A DNA stretch of 63,845 nucleotides, filler included, from Octopus bimaculoides (GCF_001194135.2; 8 parts of 8 records of this genome joined end to end with filler, not necessarily neighbours in it); one strand, 5' to 3'. Counted from the whole stretch's first letter, positions 39,839-53,582 are shown. Program-made: numbers and translations. The notes: generated by a model from the letters alone, not told the origin.

Positions 39839-40574
39839 AATGATGTTGCTACCAACTTTGGCTTTCACGGTATTAATGAAATACGACGGGCGTTTAAAAT
39901 AGAAAATGTGTGGAATCCTTCATATTTAAGCGCACTGAACGCAGAGCAAGATTTATTTGGATTTTTATTAAAAACGTTATTTTAGCTTTAGTTCTGTAGA
40001 CGGCTTCAAAGAGCACGGCGCCAGTCAAGGATCACTCCTTCGTCCAGTCTTATTTATAATTTATATATATAAGGGTGGGTGTGTGTGTGTTCCGCACTGT
40101 CTTGCACCAAATTATGTGTAACTCGTCGTTTCAATGATGATATTAATCTTTTAGAGTCGAAGATAATTAAATAAATATAAATCATTAATTTGGCTAATTT
40201 GAGGTGTGGATTACTTCTCGCAGGATATCAGAAAAAAAACACCAGAAATAAACTGAATTACTTTAATTCATGATGACTACCACCGAAATACGGATGTGTG
40301 GCATGCATAACAAACACCATTTGCCAGTGCGTTGACGTCGGCACCCCACTTATAAGACTCGCTCGTTGGATTGGTGTTTCCAAAGTTCAGATATCGGAAT
40401 TTGAATCAATAAACTGGAAACTATACCGGGAATCATCTCAGAAAATGGAACTCAAAATAATCGATTCTCAGGGTCTACATTGTGTGTCATCTCGATCTTC
40501 TCCACAACAGCGTATCTTTAATTGGCTTTCACTTTTCAGTGAAAATATGTGGAAAGGTTCCTGGTCATATCATA

Positions 40575-41330
40575 TATCTTTGATCGTTTACTTGTTTCAG
40601 TCAGTGAACTGCAGTCATAATGGGGCACTGCCTTGAAGGATTTAGACCAGTGGTTCTCAACCGGGTTCAATATGGCCCTGAAGGTCCACATCAAATTTGG
40701 TGGTGGGGTCCACACTCACCGCATTTAGAGATACTGCATAATTCAAAGTTAATAACTTCTCTGTGTGTGTGACTCCTCTGATGATGTCAAAGGCCGGCCC
40801 GACTTAGACATGCCTCCCCTCTTTACATATTAAATTGCCCTATGCACCAACATAGCCAAATTCATATGAAGGGCCCTTGAAAAATGTTGCTCTAGACGTA
40901 GATATGGATGCGTATTGCAAGAAACAGCAGGGTTTCTTTCCCTAACATTTTATATATATTTCTTTATTACCGACAGGGGGCTAAACATAGAGGGGACAAA
41001 CAAGGACGGACAAAGGGATTAAGTCGATTACGTAGGTCAACCTACACAAGTTAATGTGTGAAAACATTAATATTAATAAATAGCATTCTATAAAACTAGT
41101 TTTTAAACATCGAATGGCTACGGGGGTCACCAGAATAAAATAGCAGTGAAAGGGGGTCCATAGATTAAAAAATGGTTGAGAACCCCTGATTTAGACCAAG
41201 AAATCTACCACACTACTTAAAGTTTTCAAGTTTAGTACTCATCCTATCAGTCTTTCTTTAAAACTGAACCGCTAAGTTACGGGGATGTAAAGAAACCAAC
41301 ACCACTTGTCAAGCGGTGAAGTGAGACAAA
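40575..41330 (-). mobile_element. SINE family C, 3' half, interrupted by a hAT MITE
   Basis: TTACTTGTTTCAGTCAGTGAACTGCAGTCAT..GCCTTGAAGG resumes after 41196 with ..CTGAACCGCTAAGTTACGGGGA..CTTGTCAAGCG. Confidence 0.75.
40648..41188. mobile_element. hAT (Charlie-like) MITE with perfect 8-bp TSD
   Basis: TIRs CAGTGGTTCTCAACC / GGTTGAGAACCCCTG; ATTTAGAC at 40640-40647 and 41189-41196. Confidence 0.9.
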
Positions 41331-42454
41331 TAGAAGCACGAAGATACAAAGACATACATATTCATGTATATATGGGATGGGCTTCCGTACAGTTTCTGTC
41401 TAGCAAATCATTCAAAAGGCTTTGATCAACCCGGGCTATAGTAGACGACACCTACCCAAAATCTCGAACAGTAAGACTAAATCCGAATGCAAAAGTAATT
41501 AGCTAAAATCGCCCGGAAGGTGGTGGTGAAGAGGTTGAGGGGAAAAAAAGCATAAAGTTTCAAAAATTTGTATTCATAAAAAAAAATCCCCACTACCACC
41601 CCACGCCATGCTCCCATCATTTCGAAGGCCGTGGTGAAAAACAGTTTGAAAAGTTCCCGTGAAAACGGTAGAAATCCTACTTATGTGGGTGTGTCGTGAT
41701 CGGAAACTCTGCCAAAATAAAACCAAGCCCAGTCAGGTCCCGATGTTGAATTTTTTTGTTAGTCCCTCTCACTTTCTCTCTTAGTCTTTCACTTTTGATT
41801 TTAGCTGACACGATGGTCACTTGTAAAAAGACACGCAGATGAGGACGCCGAAGACTACTTATATATTTCCACAGCAAAATTTCATGACAACACTCTACAA
41901 CGCTATTATTGCAACACCATCCTAAATAAACACCGTATGTTTTACTCGGCCTCGGCATGTATATGTACGACACAGAAATCTAGAAGTTGAAGCCAAATGT
42001 CACAACTCAGGAATGGATATTATAAGACTATTTGGGATCGTTAACTTCTAAAGGGGATACTAAAATTTGTTTTCTTTGGTTATTAGAACACTTTATTTGT
42101 GTAAACAAAATATGCTTTAAAAATATATGCAAGAAAATTTATCTATAAAATCTAAAAGACTAGTATGAAATCAAAACTGAACAAAAACCTAGCAACAATT
42201 AGACGGCCTACTCTTGTCATGTTCTTGTTCAATATTCCTTCCATACTTCCATTCGACACAAAGAGTGACGACATTTAATGGCTACCATATATTCTATCAA
42301 TGCTTGTTACATGTTCAGTACAATGAGCTGTTGATTTTCAAATGATGACGTCATATATTCAGGATTTTGCCTTGTGCGACATGGCGTCCTGTGTCTTATG
42401 TTCAGTTATGTATTAAAAGTCTATAAACAGTAGGATGTGTTTTGTGATGGTCCT

Positions 42455-42760
42455 GTGGAGGCGCGTGGCTTAATGGTTAGGAATGTTGCACTCCCGATCG
42501 CAAGATCACGGTTTCGATTCCGGAACTGGGCTGTTATATTTTGCTCCAAATCATTTAGTTGTAAATGTATAACCTTGCATTCAAGACGAGTGCTTGGATT
42601 CCGGTTACTTATACGCTATGGAAACAGGATAAGCGGTCCAATGAGCCTTAGAACTCGAGGCAATTATGCTCAGGCCACTTTACTTACAGCACCTAATTTT
42701 GGTGATCTTGCGCATAAATGACATACAAGCCACATGTCTATTGTTTTAGCATTGCTTGCC
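42455..42760 (+). mobile_element. tRNA-derived SINE, another family
   Basis: GGAGGCGCGTGGCTTAATGGTTAGG (box A-like) and GGTTTCGATTCC (box B-like). Confidence 0.6.
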
Positions 42761-44074
42761 GAAAAGGTTGTGGCTATAATTCAAAAGTTGTCACATATTG
42801 CGAGAAAATCCTTTGGTAAAAACGGGAGCAAACCCTCTGGTAAAAACGGGAGCTATGAAGTAATAATATAGCTATGTAGTGTTGTGTATATAGTTATTAA
42901 TAAATATATAAATAATAAATAAATTTATTAATCTAATTTTCATCGAATATTTTTTTATTGATTGCAATAAGTAAAGATTACAAAACAATTTTTTTCAGAA
43001 ATTGCATAAAAAGTTGGATTAAGCCCATTAGCAGCTTGGCTGATTAGGGCAAGTGGGTGGGGGGTGAAAAATAAAAAATGAATTACTTAATGATTATATG
43101 AACAGTTAGTTTAGCCATGTCTACAATACCCCAGAACATAAAACACATACCAAAGACATCAACAACAGCAACATTGCCATCAACGAGGGTCATGTCATGT
43201 TGCCACTCGGGTTGAAGGAATTGGTAGCCAAATATCCCTCAGAATTGCAACTCCTAAGCAAAAAGAGAAGGAAAGATTCAACCGATAAATATCCTTCAAA
43301 ACACGGGATGGTCAAGGCTGGAATGCCTTTGGTTAATAGGTCTGTTCTAGCAGTGCTTACCTGCAGCAAACAAAAGCAAAACAAAAACGATCGAGCGAAC
43401 GCGGACACAGCAGAACCACCTCAACAAGAATAACAACGCTAACGCCTATCCCCACCACCACCACCATCACCACTACCACCACCACACCGCACTCCCATCG
43501 CCACCACACTCCTACGACTGTCACTGTGAGGAAATTGTAATGATATTTGGTTAGTCAACTTTTCAATGGAGTGCATTTGAAGGACTTGTTAACTTTAATA
43601 AACAATGAACAATATATTGTGTGTTCTGGTGCAGAAGAACTATAAAAAGAAGGAATGATGGGGAGGGAGGGAGAGAGAGAGAGGAGGTAATGATATAAAG
43701 GAGGGGGAGGCATTCAGAGGGACAAAGAGTAGGAGAGAGAGGGGGGATGTGGAAGAGATAATATGGAGAAGAATGAAAATGTTTGCGATAGAAAGTCAAA
43801 ATAAAAAATAACTGTTTCAATACCTATGTATGGGTGTGTGTGTGTGTGCATGTGTGTGTACATGCGTGTGTGTGTGCATGTGTGTGTGTGTGCATGTGTG
43901 TGTGCATGTGTGTGTACATGTGTGTGTGCGTGTGTACGTGCGTGCGTGTGCATGTGTGCATTGCGTGCGTGCGTGTGTGTATGCATATATTTGTACGTAT
44001 GTATATACATATATTAGTGTATATGTATGTGAGCGCGCTTGCAGTGCGTGTATGTGCGTGTGTACGTGTGTGTG

Positions 44075-44230
44075 TATGAGGACATGTAGCTGAATTGTGA
44101 ATTTGTTGCATTCAAGCTCGCAAGGTCGTGGTTTCGATTCCTAAACCAACCGGCGAGTTGTGTCCTTGGGCAACGCACACCTTTCCAGTTTGCTCCAGTC
44201 TGTCCAAGACAACTAACCGAAGAAAAGCAC
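44075..44230 (+). mobile_element. decayed tRNA-derived SINE
   Basis: GGTTTCGATTCC box B followed by the TGTGTCCTTGGGCAA core. Confidence 0.55.
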
Positions 44231-44349
44231 CAGCATGGGGTTGATGCTGATCTCTTTCCTCCCACTTCTCCCATCCCCCAAGCTCCACTGGGTTAGAAAG
44301 AAAGGAGCCGAGAGATTGTCTTTGTTAAGAGTGCTACAAGCCACTACAT

Positions 44350-44592
44350 CAGCGGTTCCCAAACGTTTTCGGGCTACCGCCCCCTTGACACCCAGGTCGC
44401 ATTCCTAGCACCCCCACCCCAACTAACCATCACAAACATTGACCTCTTTCTGAAGCAAATTCAAAACAAACGGTATTTCACAAACAAAAACTTAACTTAA
44501 CGAACCCATTATTTTGTTGTTTTTACATGAATCGCTACCCCATGATTTCCCCACTTTTCGTCAATGCCCCCTGGGAACTTGCCACCGCCCCC
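44350..44592. mobile_element. hAT-like MITE, left portion
   Basis: CAGCGGTTCCCAAAC terminus; the right end is replaced by a SINE A copy and no right TIR was found. Confidence 0.45.
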
Positions 44593-44710
44593 AGAGCTGG
44601 CAAAATCGTTAGCACGTCGAGCGGAATGCTTAGCAGTATTTCGTCTGTCTTTACGTTCTGAGTTCAAATTCTACCGAGGTCGACTTTGCTTTTCATCCTT
44701 TCATCCTTTG
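44593..44710 (+). mobile_element. SINE family A, 5' part
   Basis: GAGCTGGCAAAATCGTTAGCACG..GTTCTGAGTTCAAATT..GAGGTCGACTTTGC. Confidence 0.8.
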
Positions 44711-44934
44711 GCATTGTATTGCGATGTGCATATGGTTTCTATAATTAACCTTCTGTTTTCGTGTTGAATTTTATAAAATATGGAAGTATCCTCCTGTAGC
44801 ATTTTCCTGTTTAATTTTGAATAAGACAAACTAATTAACACGTGACTGTTGATGCATGATGCAGACGGTCAATAAACCATTGGCGGGAAAGTCAATTATA
44901 CGATATAATATATACCGCCATTTGTAACACAACC

Positions 44935-45372
44935 ATCAACATCTCCAGTTCCAACGCATTACCATCACAATCACCGCGTTACCACCACCGTGATCATGAA
45001 ACACACAACCATTACCACCACAACATACCAACAGTCACTACTATACATATTGTCATCACAAACACCAAAATAACTACTACTGCCACCGCCGCCGCGCCGC
45101 CATCAAGACAATCACCATCATCATCATCACAACTACCTCTATCAAGGCCACACAACATCACCATCACTCGAAACTCTACCACCATCAACAACGCTACAAC
45201 AACTACATCCACCAACACCACGACGACGATCACCACTGCCACTACCACCACCACTACTACCACTACTACAGCCATTACCTCAGCCATCACATATACAATC
45301 ACCGCTACAACAACAGCCACCACAACCACCACTGTCATCACAGCCATCGTCACAACCGCAAACATCACTACA
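44935..45372. repeat. degenerate (ACC/ACA/ATC)n low-complexity tract
   Basis: Direct reading. Confidence 0.85.
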
Positions 45373-45377
45373 AGCGC

Positions 45378-45449
45378 TCACGTGATAAGCATCACGTGAC
45401 CTATCGTTTGCCGTCTTTGTAGTTATTACATGCTAGCGGCGTCACTTCC
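45378..45449. promoter_or_regulatory. candidate cis-regulatory cluster: two TCACGTGA E-boxes plus an ETS/CRE-like composite
   Basis: TCACGTGA at 45378 and 45392; CGTCACTTCC (reverse complement GGAAGTGACG) at 45440. Confidence 0.35.
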
Positions 45450-45768
45450 TTTGTTTTCTAGTACAAAGTGTTTATAGATGCAAGAGCTGCATTCTGTTGA
45501 TCAACCCTTCAAAAACACCTTATATACGTACCGACATACGCATATTCATATATACATACATACACACATACAAACAAACAAAAATACCCTGTTGTTGATG
45601 TTGAAATTCCAATGAAGGAGCCTTGGATCTAGATTAGAAACCGGCCTTCCCTCCGTTGACAAGAAATCTTGAAATAAAACTGAACAATGACATACATACA
45701 TACCTACGTAGACGGACACAAATACTCACACACAGACGAACACGAATATATATACACAGTATATATAT

Positions 45769-45868
45769 NNNNNNNNNNNNNNNNNNNNNNNNNNNNNNNN
45801 NNNNNNNNNNNNTTAATTAATTAANNNNNNNNNNNNNNNNNNNNNNNNNNNNNNNNNNNNNNNNNNNN
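45769..45868. other. assembly join spacer
   Basis: TTAATTAATTAA at 45813-45824. Confidence 0.95.
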
Positions 45869-45907
<39 letters not shown>

Positions 45908-46310
45908 ACAGACGAGAGAGAGGAAAAGAGAGACAGATAACTGATGAAAATCCGTTTCGATAACATGTGGGTCTCTCAACTGTTTGGCATTCTCAATATT
46001 CTTTCAAAAGTAATGCTCATTTATTGACATCGTTTTCAATTAATCATGCATTATCATGTAGCTTTGAGATTTTATATAAGAATGACATTGTAGGGCTGGT
46101 GTGATAGGCCACATCTGTTCAATTTGAACTTAAAACAAGTAGTATATTTTGGCCGGATATGGCGGTTTTAAATGCTATCCTATATCTAGCCAGCAACACA
46201 TATCGTGTTCTGTTTCAAATTAACTCGCTGCGAGTTGTTTGAACCTTACAAAATAAGAATCATTTTAATAGTCAAGATGCTGACAACACAATTCTGACTT
46301 TTGACTATCA

Positions 46311-46542
46311 CAGTGCTTCTAAAACTATCTGACGTGGCGTACCGGCAGTTCCCCCCCCCCCAATGTGCCAGGGATCGGTAAAAATGTTTAGTAATATTAA
46401 TTTATACAAACAATACAATATTACATAAGCATTTTATGAGCATTTTTAATGTTTGTTTCTTTTCTGGAAACTCGCCGCGTACCGGCAGCTGATGACTAGC
46501 GGACAGGCACCGGTCCGCGGACCACCACTTTGAGTAGCACTG
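46311..46542. mobile_element. hAT-like MITE
   Basis: CAGTGCTTCTAAAAC.. / ..CCGGTCCGCGGACCACCACTTTGAGTAGCACTG imperfect TIRs; no clear TSD. Confidence 0.6.
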
Positions 46543-47893
46543 AACTAAGTAGACTTGCAGTAAATGGGTTTTGACAGAGGTTNNNNNNNNNNNNNNNNNN
46601 NNNNNNNNNNNNNNNNNNNNNNNNNNNNNNNNNNNNNNNNNNNNNNNNNNNNNNNNNNNNNNNNNNNNNNNNNNNNNNNNNNNNNNNNNNNNNNNNNNNN
46701 NNNNNNNNNNNNNNNNNNNNNNNNNNNNNNNNNNNNNNNNNNNNNNNNNNNNNNNNNNNNNNNNNNNNNNNNNNNNNNNNNNNNNNNNNNNNNNNNNNNN
46801 NNNNNNNNNNNNNNNNNNNNNNNNNNNNNNNNNNNNNNNNNNNNNNNNNNNNNNNNNNNNNNNNNNNNNNNNNNNNNNNNNNNNNNNNNNNNNNNNNNCA
46901 CTGCAAGCTAATCAAGCCTATAGACTAGAATATGTGGTTGCCCGATTTACCAAAAATAGGAGCCAGATAGTCAATTCACAACTCCAACTTGGAAAAGAGA
47001 AAAGAAAAAATGAAAGGACCACAGAAAAATCGGCAAGGTCACAGTTCGAATGCTTTTGATTACTGGTTTGTTGAACCAGGGTTAACTATCGGCTAAACAA
47101 CAAAACCAAAAAGGTTTAAAAAGGTTGGGTTTTTTTAAGAGTTGCTTTTCCTCGCATTCGGTAAAAAAATGTGTTTATTTGGGAAGTCTAGTGTGTGGCA
47201 TTATTCTGTAGTAATGCCCTTATATAAATATAAATGATTAATTATAATCTTAATAAAAAAATGGTTTTTTTCCCTAATGAATTTTTTACACACTAGCTTC
47301 CTGATAAAATTCTTGTGAAAGATTTTTATCCCATTATTGAATTTATTGGCTAAACAACAAAGGTAGAACTACTGAAGAAGGTAGTCCTGGAAAGATAATA
47401 CACTCCGTCCACTGGTGAGGTTCCAGTGTGGGATTCAGAAATTTGGGAGAGCACAGAGGTGTCCCATCGCGTCACCCGTCACTACTCTCAAGCGTTCGCC
47501 TCTGGCTCTGAAGTGCCCAGTAATTGCGAAGAGCTGCAGTTATAAGGTCAAAGCGTAGAGACGATCCTGCGCTTAAGGCTCGTTTAAAAAACTGAAAACT
47601 AGATATGTGTCTCTCGGGATCTGTGTGTGTGTGTGTATGTGTGTAGACCTGTGTGATGTCATGTGAACTTGTACCCTTCACTTAAAGGTCATATAGTCCC
47701 TGTGCCTCAAGGGTAAGTTCGGGGAGAATAGGAGACTAGCAGAGGAAACAGTAAATAAAACGGCAGAAGTCAACAGGATGCCGCTACTTTGTATTTCCCA
47801 ATATAAAATTCATGAATCCCCAAACACTGGGTATAGAGGTTCATAATTGCCGACAAACGTGGGTATACAGAATGATGATGGTGGTGGTGTTGG

Positions 47894-47924
<31 letters not shown>

Positions 47925-47967
47925 ATTGGGGAGAATGCGAAGACGCAATGGTGAAGGTTGAATATAG

Positions 47968-48325
47968 GCGCAAGCACGGCTGCGCGATAAAGAGTTTGTT
48001 TCCCAATCATATAGTTCAACTATGTGTCGCCTTGGGTGTCTCCTACTATAACCTCGGGCCGACAGAAGTTTTGTGAATGGAATTGGCAGACGGAAATTGA
48101 AAGGATCCCATCGTATGCATGTGTGTTCCCCAAAACCAATGCTTGACAACCGGAGTTGGTTTGTTTATAACTTCCGCGACCTATCGGTTCGGCAAAGAGA
48201 CCGATAGAATAAATAAGCTTAAAAAAAAAAAAGTACCGGAATCGATTTGTTCCGACTAAACTCTTGAAGGCGGTGCCTCAGCATGGCCGCAGTCCAATCG
48301 TAGAAACAAGCAAAAGATGAAAATA
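47968..48325 (+). mobile_element. SINE family C, full length, with almost no internal microsatellite
   Basis: Head CACGGCTGCGCGATAAGAGTTTGTTTCCCAA..CTCGGGCCGAC..GGAAATTGAAAG, followed almost directly by the 3' half. Confidence 0.8.
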
Positions 48326-48757
48326 AAATAATTTTAAAAAACCCATAATCTCTTCATGCTGGATCAATACTATTCTGGCAAAAGTTACATCAACAAGAAC
48401 AACGCAACAGTCACAATTTTCCAGTTTAAAACTATTATTTACTCACCAGCTCTACGATTTCGTACGTAGACATTTAACATCATATCCCCCACCCCCACCT
48501 CTTTTATATGCAGATCAAACTTACTTTTTACGCCTGTCTTTATTCGCTAACGTAGTAGTATAGCCGTGTGCATGTGAGGGGGAGAGAGAGAGGAAGAGAG
48601 AAAGAGAGAGAGCCAGCATATAATGCGTGCGAACCATGTTTATTTATGTATTAATTATTATGGGAGATTTGATTATTTTTCATAAAGCCGAGACAACTTT
48701 TGTGCACTCGAAAATATGAGAGCGAATGCAAATTGTGTCTACAAGTGTGAATGTGTA

Positions 48758-48800
<43 letters not shown>

Positions 48801-49215
48801 CTTTATGTATGTGCACACAAACTCACACATCTAAACATAATAAATGTATATATTACTCATTTGCATACACCTAAATAGGTGTATATGAGAAAGACATTAT
48901 ATATATATATTACACACAAATGCTAACAGTACGTAACTATGCAATTTATGCACATACATATACATAGAAAATGTACATATGCATTCCACATACATAGAAG
49001 ATAAACATCCATATGGATGTGAGTGTATATATATATATATATATATATATACAAAGAGAGAGAGAAGTAGAGAGATAGTGTGAGTGTCAAGACAATACAT
49101 AATCATATCACTCGTATGTCGACAGATGTATATGTATGCGCAAACGCAAAATGCACCCGCCCACCCACACTCGTCATTCAATATGTCTGTGCGTTTGTGT
49201 ATGCAGACACACACA

Positions 49216-49248
<33 letters not shown>

Positions 49249-49401
49249 AAGTGAAACAGAGAGAGAAAGAGAGAGAGAGAGAAAGTGAAACAGAGAGAGA
49301 AAGACAGAGAAAGCGTTGAGCTACGAGTATGTGGGTGTGAGAAGTCGGAATATAAATATATTTTTATAAGAACTATGATACATAACGTATTAGATTTAAA
49401 A

Positions 49402-49436
<35 letters not shown>

Positions 49437-49756
49437 ACACGGTCGAGTTTCCGATGTGTATACATTTAGGAGTGTCTCTACAACTGGCTATAAGATAAAG
49501 TATATAGGGTATAAAATACGAAAATTATTCTTTTCACTGAAAGGGTAGGAGGAACACACACATATAGTTGATTTTATATAAAATATATAGATGTAACAGA
49601 TTACGTATACAATTACAACTTTACTCACCTATGTACGAGTCGATGTCTGTGTGAAGTGTGTATATGTGTGTGCATGTTATATACATAAATATTCTTATAT
49701 AGCTTCCGTACATATATATATATATATATATCCATCGATTAACATTCTGCGAAAAA

Positions 49757-49791
<35 letters not shown>

Positions 49792-51056
49792 NNNNNNNNN
49801 NNNNNNNNNNNNNNNNNNNNNNNNNNNNNNNNNNNNNNNNNNNNNNNNNNNNNNNNNNNNNNNNNNNNNNNNNNNNNNNNNNNNNNNNNNNNNNNNNNNN
49901 NNNNNNNNNNNNNNNNNNNNNNNNNNNNNNNNNNNNNNNNNNNNNNNNNNNNNNNNNNNNNNNNNNNNNNNNNNNNNNNNNNNNNNNNNNNNNNNNNNNN
50001 NNNNNNNNNNNNNNNNNNNNNNNNNNNNNNNNNNNNNNNNNNNNNNNNNNNNNNNNNNNNNNNNNNNNNNNNNNNNNNNNNNNNNNNNNNNNNNNNNNNN
50101 NNNNNNNNNNNNNNNNNNNNNNNNNNNNNNNNNNNNNNNNNNNNNNNNNNNNNNNNNNNNNNNNNNNNNNNNNNNNNNNNNNNNNNNNNNNNNNNNNNNN
50201 NNNNNNNNNNNNNNNNNNNNNNNNNNNNNNNNNNNNNNNNNNNNNNNNNNNNNNNNNNNNNNNNNNNNNNNNNNNNNNNNNNNNNNNNNNNNNNNNNNNN
50301 NNNNNNNNNNNNNNNNNNNNNNNNNNNNNNNNNNNNNNNNNNNNNNNNNNNNNNNNNNNNNNNNNNNNNNNNNNNNNNNNNNNNNNNNNNNNNNNNNNNN
50401 NNNNNNNNNNNNNNNNNNNNNNNNNNNNNNNNNNNNNNNNNNNNNNNNNNNNNNNNNNNNNNNNNNNNNNNNNNNNNNNNNNNNNNNNNNNNNNNNNNNN
50501 NNNNNNNNNNNNNNNNNNNNNNNNNNNNNNNNNNNNNNNNNNNNNNNNNNNNNNNNNNNNNNNNNNNNNNNNNNNNNNNNNNNNNNNNNNNNNNNNNNNN
50601 NNNNNNNNNNNNNNNNNNNNNNNNNNNNNNNNNNNNNNNNNNNNNNNNNNNNNNNNNNNNNNNNNNNNNNNNNNNNNNNNNNNNNNNNNNNNNNATACTT
50701 CTTGTACTGAGGAGAACAGTGATATATAATTAAATTCAATTTAATCAAATTAATTTAATTATTCTACCATGAATTTGCATATTTTAATATTGCTGTTTGG
50801 AACGGTCGTATGCATGAATTAAAATTCTTTCAAATTTTAACATCTCCACTTTTAGCAAATTGAGCTTTATTGGATACCTTTCCATAAATTCACATAACAC
50901 CACATGTTCTGTTTCTCATTTTGTCAACTTTTTTTTTTGTAACGTCCTGTACCCAGATATGCATCTATATATACAGGTAGATGTAGGTATGCACATACAT
51001 GCACGTATATATGCATATACTCACATATTATTTGTATTATATATATATATATATAT

Positions 51057-51382
51057 ATGGAGAGGCGCAATGGCCCAGTATTTAGGGTCGCGGTTTTAGT
51101 GTTTATTGAGGGAAAAACCTAAAGCTCCACGAGGCTCCGGTAGGGGGTGGGAGTGGCGAACCCTGCTGTACTCCTTCACCACAACTTTCTCTCACTCTTT
51201 CTTCCTGTTTCTGTTGTACCTGTATTTGAAAGAGCCAGCCTTGTCACACTGTGTCATGCTGGATCTCCCCGAGAACTACGTTAAGGGTATACGTATCTCA
51301 GCCACTTGCACGTTAATTTCACGAGCAGGCTGTTCCGTTGATCGGGTCAACTGGAACCCTCGTCGTAACCGACGGAGTACCA
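51057..51382 (+). mobile_element. SINE family E with a deletion in the head
   Basis: Homologous to 15572-15950. Confidence 0.85.
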
Positions 51383-51569
51383 TGTTATTATATATACATA
51401 TATATAATATGTATATATATATACTGTATATTACATAATGTATATGTGGTTATATAATATACGTATATGTACAAGTAATATATCTGTGTGTGTATATGCT
51501 TATGTATATATACATACACACACATATTATATAAAGACCGTTCTGTCTATAAACATGTGTGTGTGCGTG

Positions 51570-51750
51570 TCCCGTCACTGCTTGACAACCGGTGTTGGTG
51601 TGTTTACGTCCCTGTAAAACTAGTGGTTCGTCAAACCTACAGAATAAGTATTAGGCTTTAAAAAATAAGTCCTGGGTAGATTTTTTTCGAGTAAAAACCA
51701 TTGAGGACAGTGCTCCGGTACGGTTACAGTTAAAGGACTGAAATATGTAA
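51570..51750 (+). mobile_element. SINE family C, 3' half
   Basis: Homologous to 6755-6935. Confidence 0.75.
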
Positions 51751-52054
51751 CGTATTGTCGCCTTCTGAAGCACCCGAAGGCGACGAAGGAATGAAATGAC
51801 CGTACAGCGAACTAGTGAATAACATATTAAACTGTACACTCTGCATTTTATATTGAGTACTACATACGAGAGTAATCAACTCAATGTGACTGAGCCAATT
51901 TCACCGAATTAAATATCTAATCAATGCGAGTCTGTATATGTGTGTATATATAAATAAGGAGTATTTACATTGGATTTATGACCCCTTAATGAGGTTTATT
52001 ACCTTTACTTGATACTATATATATATATTGGACAAATGGGTATATGTCAATTTT

Positions 52055-52188
52055 ATAAGTGTGTGCAGTAAGAAGGTTGCTTCTCAACCACATGGTTCCG
52101 GGTTCAGTTACACCGGGGGGCACTTTGGGCAAGTGACTTCTGGGTGGATTTGGTAGACAGAAACTGAAAGAAGTCCGTAGTGTGTATA

Positions 52189-52219
<31 letters not shown>

Positions 52220-52615
52220 GTATGTCTTTGCAGCTTCATTAAAAAAGCATATTACTCTACCTACTGTATATCGAGTACTATTGTTTCCACCTTGCTTCAC
52301 ATTTATGTGCTTACTCTGATATACATATAAATATATATGTTTTCGTTTGTCTGTGTTTGTCCCCGTCAACATCGCTTGACAACCGATGTTGGTGTGTTAC
52401 CGTCCCCGTATTTTAGCGGTCCGGCAAAACAAACCGCTAGAATAAGTACTACGCTTCCAAAGAATAAGTCCTGGGGTCAATTTGTTCGACTAAAGGCGGT
52501 GCTCCAGCATGGCCGCAGTCAAATGACTGAAACAAATAAGAATTTACATTATATNNNNNNNNNNCGGTGCTCCAGCATGGCCGCAGTCAAATGACTGAAA
52601 CAAATAAGAATTTAC

Positions 52616-52622
<7 letters not shown>
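52055..52622 (+). mobile_element. SINE family C, full length
   Basis: Head at 52055-52180, (TA)n, 3' half at 52345-52550; the tail is duplicated across a 10-N gap. Confidence 0.8.
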
Positions 52623-52652
<30 letters not shown>

Positions 52653-53386
52653 AAACACAAACGTACGCAAGTACCTGAATATGAGTGTTTTGTATTAGTC
52701 CCCACCCCATCAGGTAAGCCTTTCTTTACAAACTTATTTTATCGACCCACCCATCGTCCCCGTGCAGGCAACTGAAGTTAGTCCTTCCCTCGACCGATTC
52801 TTGTAAACTACTGTCTTGGTACCGAGAAATCAACAAACTTACAACGAAGACTCGCTGTTCTGTTACATAATCGTTAATAACAGTTAAATAAAAAATCAAT
52901 TTCATTTTTCCTCCATACATGTCTTGTTATTCTTCCATAGTATACATGTTTGTTTGATTTTAATTTAATTTTCTTTTTTATTGTACTCTACAATTACTAA
53001 TTTACCTGAACATAATATTTTACACTATTTCCCTGGGCGAAATATATTCGTGTATACATGTGGTCAGTATTAACGCATTCATGGATATATTGTGCTCCAC
53101 ACTATTGTAACCACCGACATTTGAAAGAACTAATATTTTCACACAAACACACACACACACACACACGTTTGTATCACAAATCTTATTTCTCCACAATATA
53201 AGTATTTTGATATTTTGTACATCAGACTATATCTTAACTATCTGAAGAAAAAAACGGTGTTGCTATGTATCTGCCTATATATTATGAACATATTTCTTTT
53301 ACACATGTGGTTAATATTTGAATATATTCATGCACAACTGACTTACAACCCCCAAAATATTCAAAACAGACACGTGAACACGCACA

Positions 53387-53429
<43 letters not shown>

Positions 53430-53582
53430 CGAAGGGGTGTTGAAAAGTTTCTGGCTTTGGGTAAAAGAAAATGGAGGATCAGTTAATTATGATTTTATTC
53501 AACATATTCCCCTCTCAGATTCACACGCTTATTGCAACCAGGCTTTCTCAAGACCTTAAGAGTCAGGAATTTTCCAACATCC
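53430..53582. mobile_element. mariner-like element terminus
   Basis: TA-CGAAGGGGTGTTGAAAAGTTTCTGGCTTTG resembles mariner TIR starts; the other end is not seen. Confidence 0.5.

Noticed and set aside
40298-40636. 112-aa ORF
   Set aside because: Non-ATG start, no motif, and its 3' part runs through an antisense SINE
44935-45399. Mucin-like Thr-rich exon
   Set aside because: ACN-type low-complexity tracts are stop-free by composition; no signal peptide or splice evidence
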